This document shows, one piece after another, positions 1 to 8,091 of a DNA stretch of 32,000 bases (position 1 is its first letter; the number at the start of each line of letters is the position of its first letter). The position numbers and the translations under genes were made by a program. The DNA lies in contig JANQMZ010000007.1 of assembly GCA_028279805.1 (NCBI GenBank), positions 750,001-782,000 on the forward strand. The letters run 5' to 3'. Under the pieces are notes generated by a model that was not told the origin of the DNA, made no database searches, and saw only the letters and a program-made list of their open reading frames with translations. Origin of the DNA: an archaeon (GTDB lineage: Archaea; Iainarchaeota; Iainarchaeia; Iainarchaeales; JANQMZ01).

Positions 1-1773
1 AGCGGGATGTTTTCCTGAACTCGTAATCATATGTTCTGCTCTCAGCAATCCCACGCCCTCTGCACCTGTTTGTGAAGCTTTTTCTGCAACATCGGCCAGT
101 GCAACATTTACTTTTACTTTTGGAGAAATTTTACTTAAAGTTTTTTCAATTAATTTTTTTTCCTTTTCTTTTTCTTCATCTGTTAACCGGCTTGTTTTTT
201 TTTCTCCGAATTTTTTTAAAATTTGTTCCGCTTCTTTTTCAGATTGTAAATGTTCAATTTCCTCTTTTCTTCTTTTTTCTGTTTCTCTTTCCTGTTTTAT
301 TTCATCAGCCATCCCGAACAAACCTGCTCCTGAAACTTTTTCTTTTTCAGTTTTTTCTTTTAAAACTTTTTCAAAAGAGTCAAATTCTTTTTCTTCAATC
401 ACTTTTGTTTCTTTTTTTTCAGGTGCAGCAATTTTTATTTCTCCGTCATAAATTTTTCCGGTGAAACCGTTCACGGTAACAATTTGATTGTCTTTTAAAA
501 TCTTTGTGGCTGTGTCCGTCCCTACAATACATGGAATTCCAAGTTCTCTTGAAACAATTGCAGCATGACAGGTCCTCCCGCCTTCATTTGTAACAATTGC
601 TTTGCTTTTTTTCATAACGGGAACCCAGTCAGGGCTTGTCATTCTTGTAACCAGTATATCATCTTTTTCAATTTTTGAAATGTTTTCAATATCCAAAACT
701 ATTTTAACTTTTCCAGAAACAATTCCAGGAGACCCGGGAGCGCCTTTTAAAACAGGTGTTTCTTCTATTTGCTGCATTTCTTTCATTTTTTCATTTAAAG
801 CAAGAGTTGTTATCGGCCTTGTCTGAACAATCATTATCCTGCCTTTTTCAACAGCCCATTCAATGTCTTGGGGAACATTATAATGTTGTTCTATTTTGTT
901 GCCTATTTTTGCCAGTGCAATAATTGTGTCATCCGGAATTTTTTGAGTTTCAGATTGTTCAGGGTTTAAATTTTTTTTAACAGATTTTGATCCCTCCTTT
1001 AAAACAAGCCATTTTTGCTTGTTTACTTTTTTTCTCACAATTTTCATTGAATTTTTGTCAACCACATAATTATCCGGTGTAACAGCTCCTGCTACTATTG
1101 GTTCGCCTAACCCGAAAACAGCTTCTATTACTATTTTTGTTTTATCTCCTGTTGGTTCGGCTGTAAACATTATTCCTGCTGTTTCGGCGTTAACCATTTT
1201 TTGAACAATTGCTGACAATCCCACTTGTTCTGTTTTAAAACCATGTTTTTTTCTGTAATAAACTGCTCTTGGAGTATAAAGAGATGCATAACAGTTTTTT
1301 ACTGAATTCAAAAGATTTTCTTTTCCCAAAACATTCAGAAAAGTTTCCTGTTGCCCTGCAAAACTTGCTTCCGGCAAATCTTCTGCTGTTGCACTTGAAC
1401 GAACAGCTACAAATGGCTGTTCTGAACTTGTAAGCCATCCGACTTTTTCTTTTTCAGCGAGTTTTGAATAAGCTTTAATTATTTCATTTGCAGTTTCTTC
1501 CGGCAATGTTTCCTGTTTTATCATATCACGAACTTGTTTGCTTTTTTGTTCAAGTTCCTGCGTGTTTTCAACATCAATTGAGTCAATTATTTCAACTATT
1601 TTTTGTTTTAATTTTCTTTTTTCCAAAAATTCAAAAAAGGCATCAACTGTTACCGCAAAACCGTTGGGCACGGGAAAACCGCTTTTAACCATTTCTCCAA
1701 GATTGGCTCCTTTTCCTCCAACCGTTTTAATGCTTTCTCTGCCTAATTCTTCAAACCATGCTATTCGTTTCAT
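1..1773 (-). CDS. ppsA: Phosphoenolpyruvate synthase (pyruvate, water dikinase), partial; continues off the left edge
   Basis: My minus-strand reading from ATG at 1773 gives MKRIAWFEELGREESIKTVGGKGANLGEMV...; later RSSATAEDLPEASFAGQQETFLNV, the catalytic swivelling-domain motif GGRTCHAAIVSRELGIPCIVGT, and GAEGVGLLRAEHMI near the edge. Not in the supplied ORF track because it has no stop within the window. Confidence 0.95.
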   Translation of the reverse strand, partial: MKRIAWFEELGRESIKTVGGKGANLGEMVKSGFPVPNGFAVTVDAFFEFLEKRKLKQKIVEIIDSIDVENTQELEQKSKQVRDMIKQETLPEETANEIIKAYSKLAEKEKVGWLTSSEQPFVAVRSSATAEDLPEASFAGQQETFLNVLGKENLLNSVKNCYASLYTPRAVYYRKKHGFKTEQVGLSAIVQKMVNAETAGIMFTAEPTGDKTKIVIEAVFGLGEPIVAGAVTPDNYVVDKNSMKIVRKKVNKQKWLVLKEGSKSVKKNLNPEQSETQKIPDDTIIALAKIGNKIEQHYNVPQDIEWAVEKGRIMIVQTRPITTLALNEKMKEMQQIEETPVLKGAPGSPGIVSGKVKIVLDIENISKIEKDDILVTRMTSPDWVPVMKKSKAIVTNEGGRTCHAAIVSRELGIPCIVGTDTATKILKDNQIVTVNGFTGKIYDGEIKIAAPEKKETKVIEEKEFDSFEKVLKEKTEKEKVSGAGLFGMADEIKQERETEKRRKEEIEHLQSEKEAEQILKKFGEKKTSRLTDEEKEKEKKLIEKTLSKISPKVKVNVALADVAEKASQTGAEGVGLLRAEHMITSSGKHPA

Positions 1774-1861
1774 TTAAAACCGTTATATGAATGTTTTTTT
1801 TTGTTTATTAATTAAACGCTTTTTTTTTAAAATTAGAATAATATTAAAATGAAAGTAAAAC

Positions 1862-2620
1862 CTATTCCTTCTTTTCTTCTTCTTTTTGCTCTTTTTCTGT
1901 TTCTTTTCCTGCATCTTCTTTCTCGTCTTTTTCCTGGCTTTCTTTTTCTTCTTCTCCCTCGTCTTTTTCTTCTTTTGCTTCACTGTCTTTGTCTTCTTCT
2001 TTTTTGGCTTCTTCTTCAGCTTCTTTTTCTTCTTTTCTTTTGGCTTCCTGTTCTGCCAGTTTTCTTTTTGAAGGCTTTGTTCCAATTGATTTTACATCTG
2101 TGTGAACCACAACTTTAATAGTGCATGGAAATTTTGCTTTTGTTCTTTCTATTATTTTTTTTGCCGTTTCAGCATTTTTTCCGTCAACTAAAACTGAAAA
2201 AATAACTGTTCCTTTTCTTATCGGCGCGGCTCTTCCGATCGGTTTTCCGAAAGGATGTGCCATTCCCTGTGAAACTCTGTCTGCTCCGGCGCCTTGTGCC
2301 TGTTTGTTTTCTCTTAAAACATTATGCGGGTAAATTCTTAATTTTATAAAAAAACCGTCTTTTCCCAGTTTTTTTGACAAATTTCTTGTAATTGTAATTC
2401 TTGCCGATTCCAGTGCATTATCACGAATCTGAACATTTTTATCATCCGCAACCAGGTCAACAATGTGTGAAAAATTTTTGGACGAATTTCCTGTATTGAA
2501 TCTCCTGACTCTTAAAGCAGGCACAGCCCCGATAAAATTTTTTCTCTGTTTTGACACTGCGTAACGAGTGTAAGCTCTTTTTCCGTCTCTGCTATAAGCA
2601 CTGGCAGGCCTCAAACCCAT
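1862..2620 (-). CDS. rpl10e: 50S ribosomal protein L10e/uL16 with a long Glu/Lys-rich C-terminal extension; ORF is open to 2641 but MGLRPAS start at about 2620 is preferred
   Basis: MGLRPASAYSRDGKRAYTRYA...KNFIGAVPALRVRRFNTG...RIYPHNVLRENKQAQGAGADRVSQGMAHPFGKPIGRAAPIRKG is the archaeal L10e signature. Confidence 0.93.
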   Translation of the reverse strand: MGLRPASAYSRDGKRAYTRYAVSKQRKNFIGAVPALRVRRFNTGNSSKNFSHIVDLVADDKNVQIRDNALESARITITRNLSKKLGKDGFFIKLRIYPHNVLRENKQAQGAGADRVSQGMAHPFGKPIGRAAPIRKGTVIFSVLVDGKNAETAKKIIERTKAKFPCTIKVVVHTDVKSIGTKPSKRKLAEQEAKRKEEKEAEEEAKKEEDKDSEAKEEKDEGEEEKESQEKDEKEDAGKETEKEQKEEEKKE

Positions 2621-2692
2621 AATTACACCTAAAAACACCAAAAAACAGGCATTATACTAATTTTGAATGTGATTCTTTTTAAAGCTTTGGTA

Positions 2693-2763
2693 AGCGAGAG
2701 GGGAGAGTCGAACTCCCTTCTCCCGGTCTGCAGCCGGGTGCATAGCCGTTCTGCCACTCTCGC
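2693..2763 (-). tRNA. tRNA-Cys (anticodon GCA)
   Basis: Cloverleaf by eye: acceptor GCGAGAG/CTCTCGC, anticodon arm CCCGG-CTGCAGA-CCGGG, T arm GGGAG-TTCGACT-CTCCC, discriminator U73 as expected for tRNA-Cys. Confidence 0.95.
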
Positions 2764-2786
2764 ATTCAAAAGTTTATTGCTGCGAG

Positions 2787-2798
2787 TTTTTTAAAAAC
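2787..2798. promoter_or_regulatory. Putative TATA/box A shared by divergent tRNA-Cys and the leaderless ThiI-like gene
   Basis: Near-palindromic AGTTTTTTAAAAACT centred near 2792, about 29 nt from the tRNA-Cys 5' end and about 28 nt from the ATG at 2820. Confidence 0.5.
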
Positions 2799-2819
2799 TA
2801 ATTCATTCCACTTTAATAT

Positions 2820-3704
2820 ATGGATTTGCTGCTGATAAAGCCTGTTGGGGAAATAACGCTGAAAACAACTTTTGTGAGGCGTTTTTTTAACAAAAAACTT
2901 AAGGAAAACATTAAAATTGCTTTCAAAATTAACAAAATTCCTTTTCAAAAAATTCAGGCAGGAAATGCCCGTTTTTTTATTAAAACAACAAATACAAAAA
3001 AAGCTCAGACAGTTTTAAAAAATATTTTCGGAATTCATTCAATTGCTTTGGTGCATAAAACAAAACTAAACTCTTCAGACCAAACATTAAAAGAAGCAAC
3101 AGATTTTTTTTCATCAAATGCTGAAAAAATTAAAACATTTAAAGTTAAAACAAAAAGAATAGGCAAACACGATTTTTCCTCGCAAGAATTTAATGAAAAA
3201 CTTGGCTCAAAAATTCTGGAAAAGTTTCCAAAACTAAAAGTTAAATTAAAAAATCCGGATAAAACTTTTTTTGTTGACATTATTCAAAAAAAAGTTTTCC
3301 TTTACGACGATGAAACAAAAGGAATGGAAGGGTTGCCGGTGGGAACACAGGGTGACATTGCATTAATTGTTTCAGGCTCTGAAGAAGAACTGGTTGCAGG
3401 GTTTTTAATGTTAAAAAGAGGATGCAGAATTTTTCCGATAACCAAAAAAAATTCAAAAAAACCTGGACACAATTTAAAAAAACTTGAAAAATTTAATTCT
3501 TCACAGGAACTTGTTTTAAAAAATTTTAACAAACTGCCTGATTTGATTAAAGATAAAAATGTTTCAGCACTTGTTTCACCTGACTTAAAATTAAAACCAA
3601 AAACTTTTATTGAATTCGATTCAAAACAATTATTACCTGTTTACAGGCCTTTGGTGTTATTGGATAAAAATACTTTAAATGAAGCTAAGAGGTTTTTAAA
3701 ATGA
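2820..3704 (+). CDS. ThiI-like THUMP-domain protein with degenerate PP-loop/AANH domain
   Basis: THUMP-like N-terminal half; GLPVGTQGDIALIVSGSEEELVAGFLMLKRGCRIFPI is collinear with ThiI GLPVGTxGxxLxLxSGGIDSPVAxxLMMKRG but lacks SGGxDS; the C-terminus YRPLVLLDKNTLNEAKRF resembles the ThiI RPLIGxDKxEIxxxAK segment. Confidence 0.75.
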   Translation: MDLLLIKPVGEITLKTTFVRRFFNKKLKENIKIAFKINKIPFQKIQAGNARFFIKTTNTKKAQTVLKNIFGIHSIALVHKTKLNSSDQTLKEATDFFSSNAEKIKTFKVKTKRIGKHDFSSQEFNEKLGSKILEKFPKLKVKLKNPDKTFFVDIIQKKVFLYDDETKGMEGLPVGTQGDIALIVSGSEEELVAGFLMLKRGCRIFPITKKNSKKPGHNLKKLEKFNSSQELVLKNFNKLPDLIKDKNVSALVSPDLKLKPKTFIEFDSKQLLPVYRPLVLLDKNTLNEAKRFLK

Positions 3705-4927
3705 AAATAGCTATTTTGTCAGATTTTCATCTTGGTTTTGGAAAAAACAGAAGAAAAAATGAATCTTTTCAACAGGTTTTTTCAGCTTTTAAAGAAGCTT
3801 TAAACCATAACCCGGATTTGTTTTTGCTGCAGGGTGACTTGTTTGATGAATCTGTTCCCGACCAGGAAACATGGCTTGAAGCTTTTAAGCTTTTTTCAGT
3901 AACAAAAAATGCAAAAAAGGCTGATTTAAGCATTTTTAAGCAAAAAAATGGTGAAAAACAAAAAATTGAGTTTGAAGGAATTCCGGTAGTATCAATTCAC
4001 GGGACACATGAATTCAGGGGAAAAGATTTTGCAAATGCTTTAAGTGTTTTGGATCAAGCAGGTTTTATGGTTTATTTGCATGCATCTGAAGCAATTGTTT
4101 CAAATGAAAATGAAATTCTTGCCATACATGGCCTTGGCGGGGTTCCTGAAAAAAAAGCAAAAGATGTTTTACAGCATTATAATCCCAGACCTTTGGAAGG
4201 AATGCTTAACATTTTGTTACTGCATCAAAGTTTCAAAGAATTTCTGCCTTTTGATGATGAAATGATTGCTTCTTTGTCTCTGGAAGATTTGCCTCAAAAT
4301 TTTGATTTAATAATAAACGGGCATTTTCATGCTGATAATGAAATAAATAATAAAAATTTAAGATTGCTGTTACCAGGTTCAACTGTTATAACTCAGATGA
4401 AAAAAAATGAAGCTAATAATCCTAAAAAATTTTTTTTATATGATACAAAAACAAAAACCCTTGAACCCATTAAAATTCCGGGTCAAAGAAAATTTTTTTA
4501 CTCGGAATTGGTTTTTGAAAATGCTTCAAGTGAAGACGTTTACAAAAAAGTAAAAAAAGAACTTGAAACCATTCTGAAAAATCCTGACAAAGAACCTTTA
4601 ATTAAATTAAAACTTTCGGGTTCACTGGCTTCAGGTATAACTTCATCGGATCTGGATTTGTCTTTTGTAAAACTTTTAAATGAAAATGCAATTATTTATG
4701 TTGATAAAAATTTTTCAGACATAAAATTTAAGCAAAAACTGGAAAACTTAAGGGAATCACATCATAAAAAAAGCATTTCTTCTCTTGGAATTGAACTGCT
4801 TGAAAAACATTTGGATGAAACAAATGTTAAAAAAAATTTTGATGTCAGAAGAATGTTTGAATTGTTAAGCAAAGGCGAAAAAGATAAAGCCATTGAACTT
4901 CTTTCAGACAGAAAAAAATCAAAATAG
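3701..4927 (+). CDS. Mre11/SbcD-family metallophosphoesterase DNA repair nuclease
   Basis: Phosphoesterase motifs SDFHLG, LQGDLFDES, HGTHEFRG, LLHQSF, INGHFHADNE. Confidence 0.85.
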   Translation: MKIAILSDFHLGFGKNRRKNESFQQVFSAFKEALNHNPDLFLLQGDLFDESVPDQETWLEAFKLFSVTKNAKKADLSIFKQKNGEKQKIEFEGIPVVSIHGTHEFRGKDFANALSVLDQAGFMVYLHASEAIVSNENEILAIHGLGGVPEKKAKDVLQHYNPRPLEGMLNILLLHQSFKEFLPFDDEMIASLSLEDLPQNFDLIINGHFHADNEINNKNLRLLLPGSTVITQMKKNEANNPKKFFLYDTKTKTLEPIKIPGQRKFFYSELVFENASSEDVYKKVKKELETILKNPDKEPLIKLKLSGSLASGITSSDLDLSFVKLLNENAIIYVDKNFSDIKFKQKLENLRESHHKKSISSLGIELLEKHLDETNVKKNFDVRRMFELLSKGEKDKAIELLSDRKKSK

Positions 4928-4965
4928 TTTTAAACTTTAAAAACATTAAACTGAAAGGTGTTTTT

Positions 4966-6921
4966 TTGAAAAAGGAAGCAATGTGGGTTGAAAAGGATTC
5001 AAAAAAAAATATTTACTGGCCTTCTTCTGAAATGAAAAAAAAGGCACATGTTTCCGATGAAAAAATTTATGATGAATCCTTAAAGGATCCAGTAAAATTC
5101 TGGTCAAATCATGCTAAAAAGTCCTTAAACTGGTTTAAATCATGGGAAAAGGATTATGAGGAAGATTTTCCTGATTTTAAATGGTTTTCAGGGGGAAAAA
5201 TCAATGCTTCTTTTAATTGTCTTGACAGGCATGTTGAAAATAATGGAAATAAGCCTGCCATTATCTGGGAACCTGAACCGGTTGAAGAAAAAGAACAAAT
5301 TTTGACTTATAATGATTTATTACAAGAAACAAAAAAATTTGCAAATGTTTTAAAAAAACTGGGAGTAAAAAAAGGCGATACTGTCGGAATTTATCTTCCC
5401 ATGACTCCTCATGTTCAGATTGCAATGCTTGCCTGTGCCAGAATTGGTGCAATTCATTCAGTTGTTTTCAGTGCGTTCAGTTCAGAAGCTTTAAAAACAA
5501 GGTTAATTGATGCGGAATCAAAAATTTTAATTACGGCAAACGGTTACTGGAGGCGGGGTAAAAAAATTAATTTAAAAAAATCAGCTGATGCTGCTTTGCC
5601 TGATACAAAAGTGCAAAAAGTTGTTGTTGTTAAAAGATTGGAAGAAGATTTGGGAATGAAGTCAGGCAGGGATTTTTACTGGGATGAATTAATGGAAAAA
5701 GTTTCAGACGACTGTTCCTGTGAGGAAATGGAAAGCAATGAAAAACTGTTTTTGCTTTATACAAGCGGCACAACAGGAAAACCAAAAGGAGTTGTTCATG
5801 ATACGGGAGGTTATTTGATTCAGTCTTTTTTAACAACAAAATGGAATTTTGATTTGCATTCTGATGATGTGTTTTGGTGCACTGCAGACATAGGGTGGAT
5901 AACAGGGCACACTTACAGTTGTTATGGTCCTTTGTCAAACGGTTTGACAATGGTTATTTATGAAGGGTCCCCGGATTTTCCCGAACCGGACAGGTTTTGG
6001 AAAATTATTGAAAAATTTAAAGTTTCTGCTTTTTATACAGCTCCAACTGCTATCAGAATGTTTGCACGTTTAGGAAAACAGTTTTTGGAAAAACATGATT
6101 TAAGTTCTTTAAAAATTTTGGGAACTGTCGGAGAGCCTATTGACCTTGATTCCTGGAACTGGTTTTTTGAAGTTGTCGGAAAAAAACGCTGTCCTATTAT
6201 TGATACATGGTGGCAGACTGAAACAGGGGCAAATGTGATTAATGCTTTGCCCGGCATTGGTCCTTTTATTCCAACTGTTGCCGGCAGGCCTTTTCCCGGA
6301 ATTGTTGCAGATATTTTTGACGATTCGGGAAAAACTGTAAAAAATGAAAAAACAGGTGATTTGGTGTTAAAAAGCCCTTTTCCGCCTGGTTTGCTGAGAG
6401 GCGTTTATAAGAATCCTGAAAAATTTAAGGATACGTATTGGTCTGATTATCCTGATGTGTATTATTCGAGTGACGGGGCAAAATTTGTTTTTAATAAAAA
6501 TATTCGTGTTACCGGACGAATTGATGATGTCATGAAAGTTGCAGGACATCTGCTTTCAACTGCTGAAATGGAGAATGCTATTAATTCCTGTGCGGGAGTG
6601 TCCGAGTGTGCTGTTATTCCCAAACCTGATAAAATTAAAGGATTTGTTCCGGTTGCTTTTGTTATTCTTAAAAAAAATTTTAAAAAATCTGAAGAATTTG
6701 CTGATACAATTGTTCAGAGTGTCAGAAAAACAATCGGGCCTATTGCCAAGCCTTATAAAATTATTTTTGTTGACGAGCTTCCTAAAACAAGAAGCGGTAA
6801 AATTGTGAGAAGAATGATTAGAAATATTGTTTCAGGTGAACCAATTGGTGATTCTTCTACACTGGAAAATCCTAACAGTGTTAATTTTTTAAAAAAAGTT
6901 ATTGAAAGAGAATTAAAATAA
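4966..6921 (+). CDS. acs: Acetyl-CoA synthetase (AMP-forming); TTG start at 4966 preceded by GGTG, alternative ATG at 4981
   Basis: LLYTSGTTGKPKGVVHDTGGYL, TADIGWITGHTYSCYGPLSNG, TWWQTETG, NKNIRVTGRIDDVMKVAGHLLSTAEMENA, TRSGKIVRRMIR. Confidence 0.95.
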   Translation: MKKEAMWVEKDSKKNIYWPSSEMKKKAHVSDEKIYDESLKDPVKFWSNHAKKSLNWFKSWEKDYEEDFPDFKWFSGGKINASFNCLDRHVENNGNKPAIIWEPEPVEEKEQILTYNDLLQETKKFANVLKKLGVKKGDTVGIYLPMTPHVQIAMLACARIGAIHSVVFSAFSSEALKTRLIDAESKILITANGYWRRGKKINLKKSADAALPDTKVQKVVVVKRLEEDLGMKSGRDFYWDELMEKVSDDCSCEEMESNEKLFLLYTSGTTGKPKGVVHDTGGYLIQSFLTTKWNFDLHSDDVFWCTADIGWITGHTYSCYGPLSNGLTMVIYEGSPDFPEPDRFWKIIEKFKVSAFYTAPTAIRMFARLGKQFLEKHDLSSLKILGTVGEPIDLDSWNWFFEVVGKKRCPIIDTWWQTETGANVINALPGIGPFIPTVAGRPFPGIVADIFDDSGKTVKNEKTGDLVLKSPFPPGLLRGVYKNPEKFKDTYWSDYPDVYYSSDGAKFVFNKNIRVTGRIDDVMKVAGHLLSTAEMENAINSCAGVSECAVIPKPDKIKGFVPVAFVILKKNFKKSEEFADTIVQSVRKTIGPIAKPYKIIFVDELPKTRSGKIVRRMIRNIVSGEPIGDSSTLENPNSVNFLKKVIERELK

Positions 6922-8091
6922 TTACGGCAAAAACTTTTTTCCGTTAATTTTTTCAGGCAGATAAGTTTCAGCTACAAATTCCAATGATTTGTTTGCCAAA
7001 GCCTGTTGTTCTATTCTTACTCCTTCTTTTATTGAGCGTTTTAATTCATCCTGCCATGGCTTGTTTTGAAACCATGCATAGTTTAACATTTCTTTTGCTC
7101 TTTTTACATCCCCTACTTTCATTTTTTCTGTTACTTCCTTTAATTCATAGTCATGAATGTCTTCGATTGTCATTCCGATATATTTTGCTTTTGGGCATGC
7201 CAAAAATCCTGAGTGCGCAGCCAAAGCCATTGAACCTTGTTTTATAACACTGTAAATATACCATCCGTAAGGGTCTCCGTCTGTGAAAACATAAACAGGC
7301 AGATTTTCTTCCTTGTACAGTCTGTGAATCAGTCTTCGGGCGCCTCTTGCAGCCTGTCCTCCAACTCCCACTAAAATTGCTTTGTTTTTTTTGGCAAAAT
7401 CTTCTTCAACAAGCCTTTCATACATTGCACTTGTTTCTATTACCAGAACATATTTTGCATTGGTTTTAACTATTTCAATTTCTTCAGGTTCCATTCTGCT
7501 CATAATACTCCAGCCTCCTCTTCCAAGCTGAAGCATGTTAAAAGTGTCATTGTTGTGCATTTTGTCCTTTAATGTAATATCCCCGTATAAAGCGCCTTTT
7601 GGATTTGCATGTAAATTTAATTTTTCTCTGATTGTTTCAGCGCTGTGTTCCAAATCCACTATGACTGAATCGCTTTCTGTCTGGTCTTCAAAAGTGTTTT
7701 CTTTTCCTGAACCTAATGAATGCTTTAATTCGTAATAAATTTCCCTGATTGAAGCTGTTTTGTTTTTTTTCAGATAGTCAAATGTTTTGCTTGCAACAAG
7801 TGTTGTTTGCATAAATTTTTTTGCATGCCCTAGGTTTAAAAAATTTCTTGAAGTCATTTTTTCTCCAAGCTGTAAAACTCCTTTTTTTTCATCGAATTCT
7901 ACATTGCTTCTTCCCCTCTGGCTTGTTAAAAATGTTGGTGATTCTTCTTTTTTTATTTGTGAAACAATTTCTTTGCTTATTTTTTCAATTTTTGATGCAA
8001 CTTTTTCTGCATTATCCTTATTTGTTTTCTTTTGTGTTTTTTTCTTTGTCTTCTTTTTCACCACTTGTTTCCACCTCTTCAATAACTTCAT
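6922..8091 (-). CDS. top6A: DNA topoisomerase VI subunit A
   Basis: Spo11/TopVIA motifs: SIREIYYELKH, VLVIETSAMYERLVEE, LVGVGGQAARGARRLIHRL, PVYVFTDGDPYGWYIYSVIKQGSMALA. Confidence 0.95.
   Translation of the reverse strand: MKLLKRWKQVVKKKTKKKTQKKTNKDNAEKVASKIEKISKEIVSQIKKEESPTFLTSQRGRSNVEFDEKKGVLQLGEKMTSRNFLNLGHAKKFMQTTLVASKTFDYLKKNKTASIREIYYELKHSLGSGKENTFEDQTESDSVIVDLEHSAETIREKLNLHANPKGALYGDITLKDKMHNNDTFNMLQLGRGGWSIMSRMEPEEIEIVKTNAKYVLVIETSAMYERLVEEDFAKKNKAILVGVGGQAARGARRLIHRLYKEENLPVYVFTDGDPYGWYIYSVIKQGSMALAAHSGFLACPKAKYIGMTIEDIHDYELKEVTEKMKVGDVKRAKEMLNYAWFQNKPWQDELKRSIKEGVRIEQQALANKSLEFVAETYLPEKINGKKFLP

Noticed and set aside
72-464. Plus-strand Leu/Phe-rich ORF of 130 aa
   Set aside because: Antisense shadow of the charged (GAA/AAA-rich) ppsA segment; TTT/TTC/CTT runs simply translate as F/L. 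The same reasoning rejects the other plus-strand shadow ORFs at 602-1777.
1235-1438. Minus-strand 67-aa ORF
   Set aside because: Out-of-frame ORF within ppsA; the correct minus frame reads through conserved PpsA motifs.
1783-2118. K-rich and F/L-rich ORFs (1783-2085 minus, 1849-2118 plus, 1886-2071 plus)
   Set aside because: Low-complexity alternative-frame translations of the E/K tail of ribosomal protein L10e.
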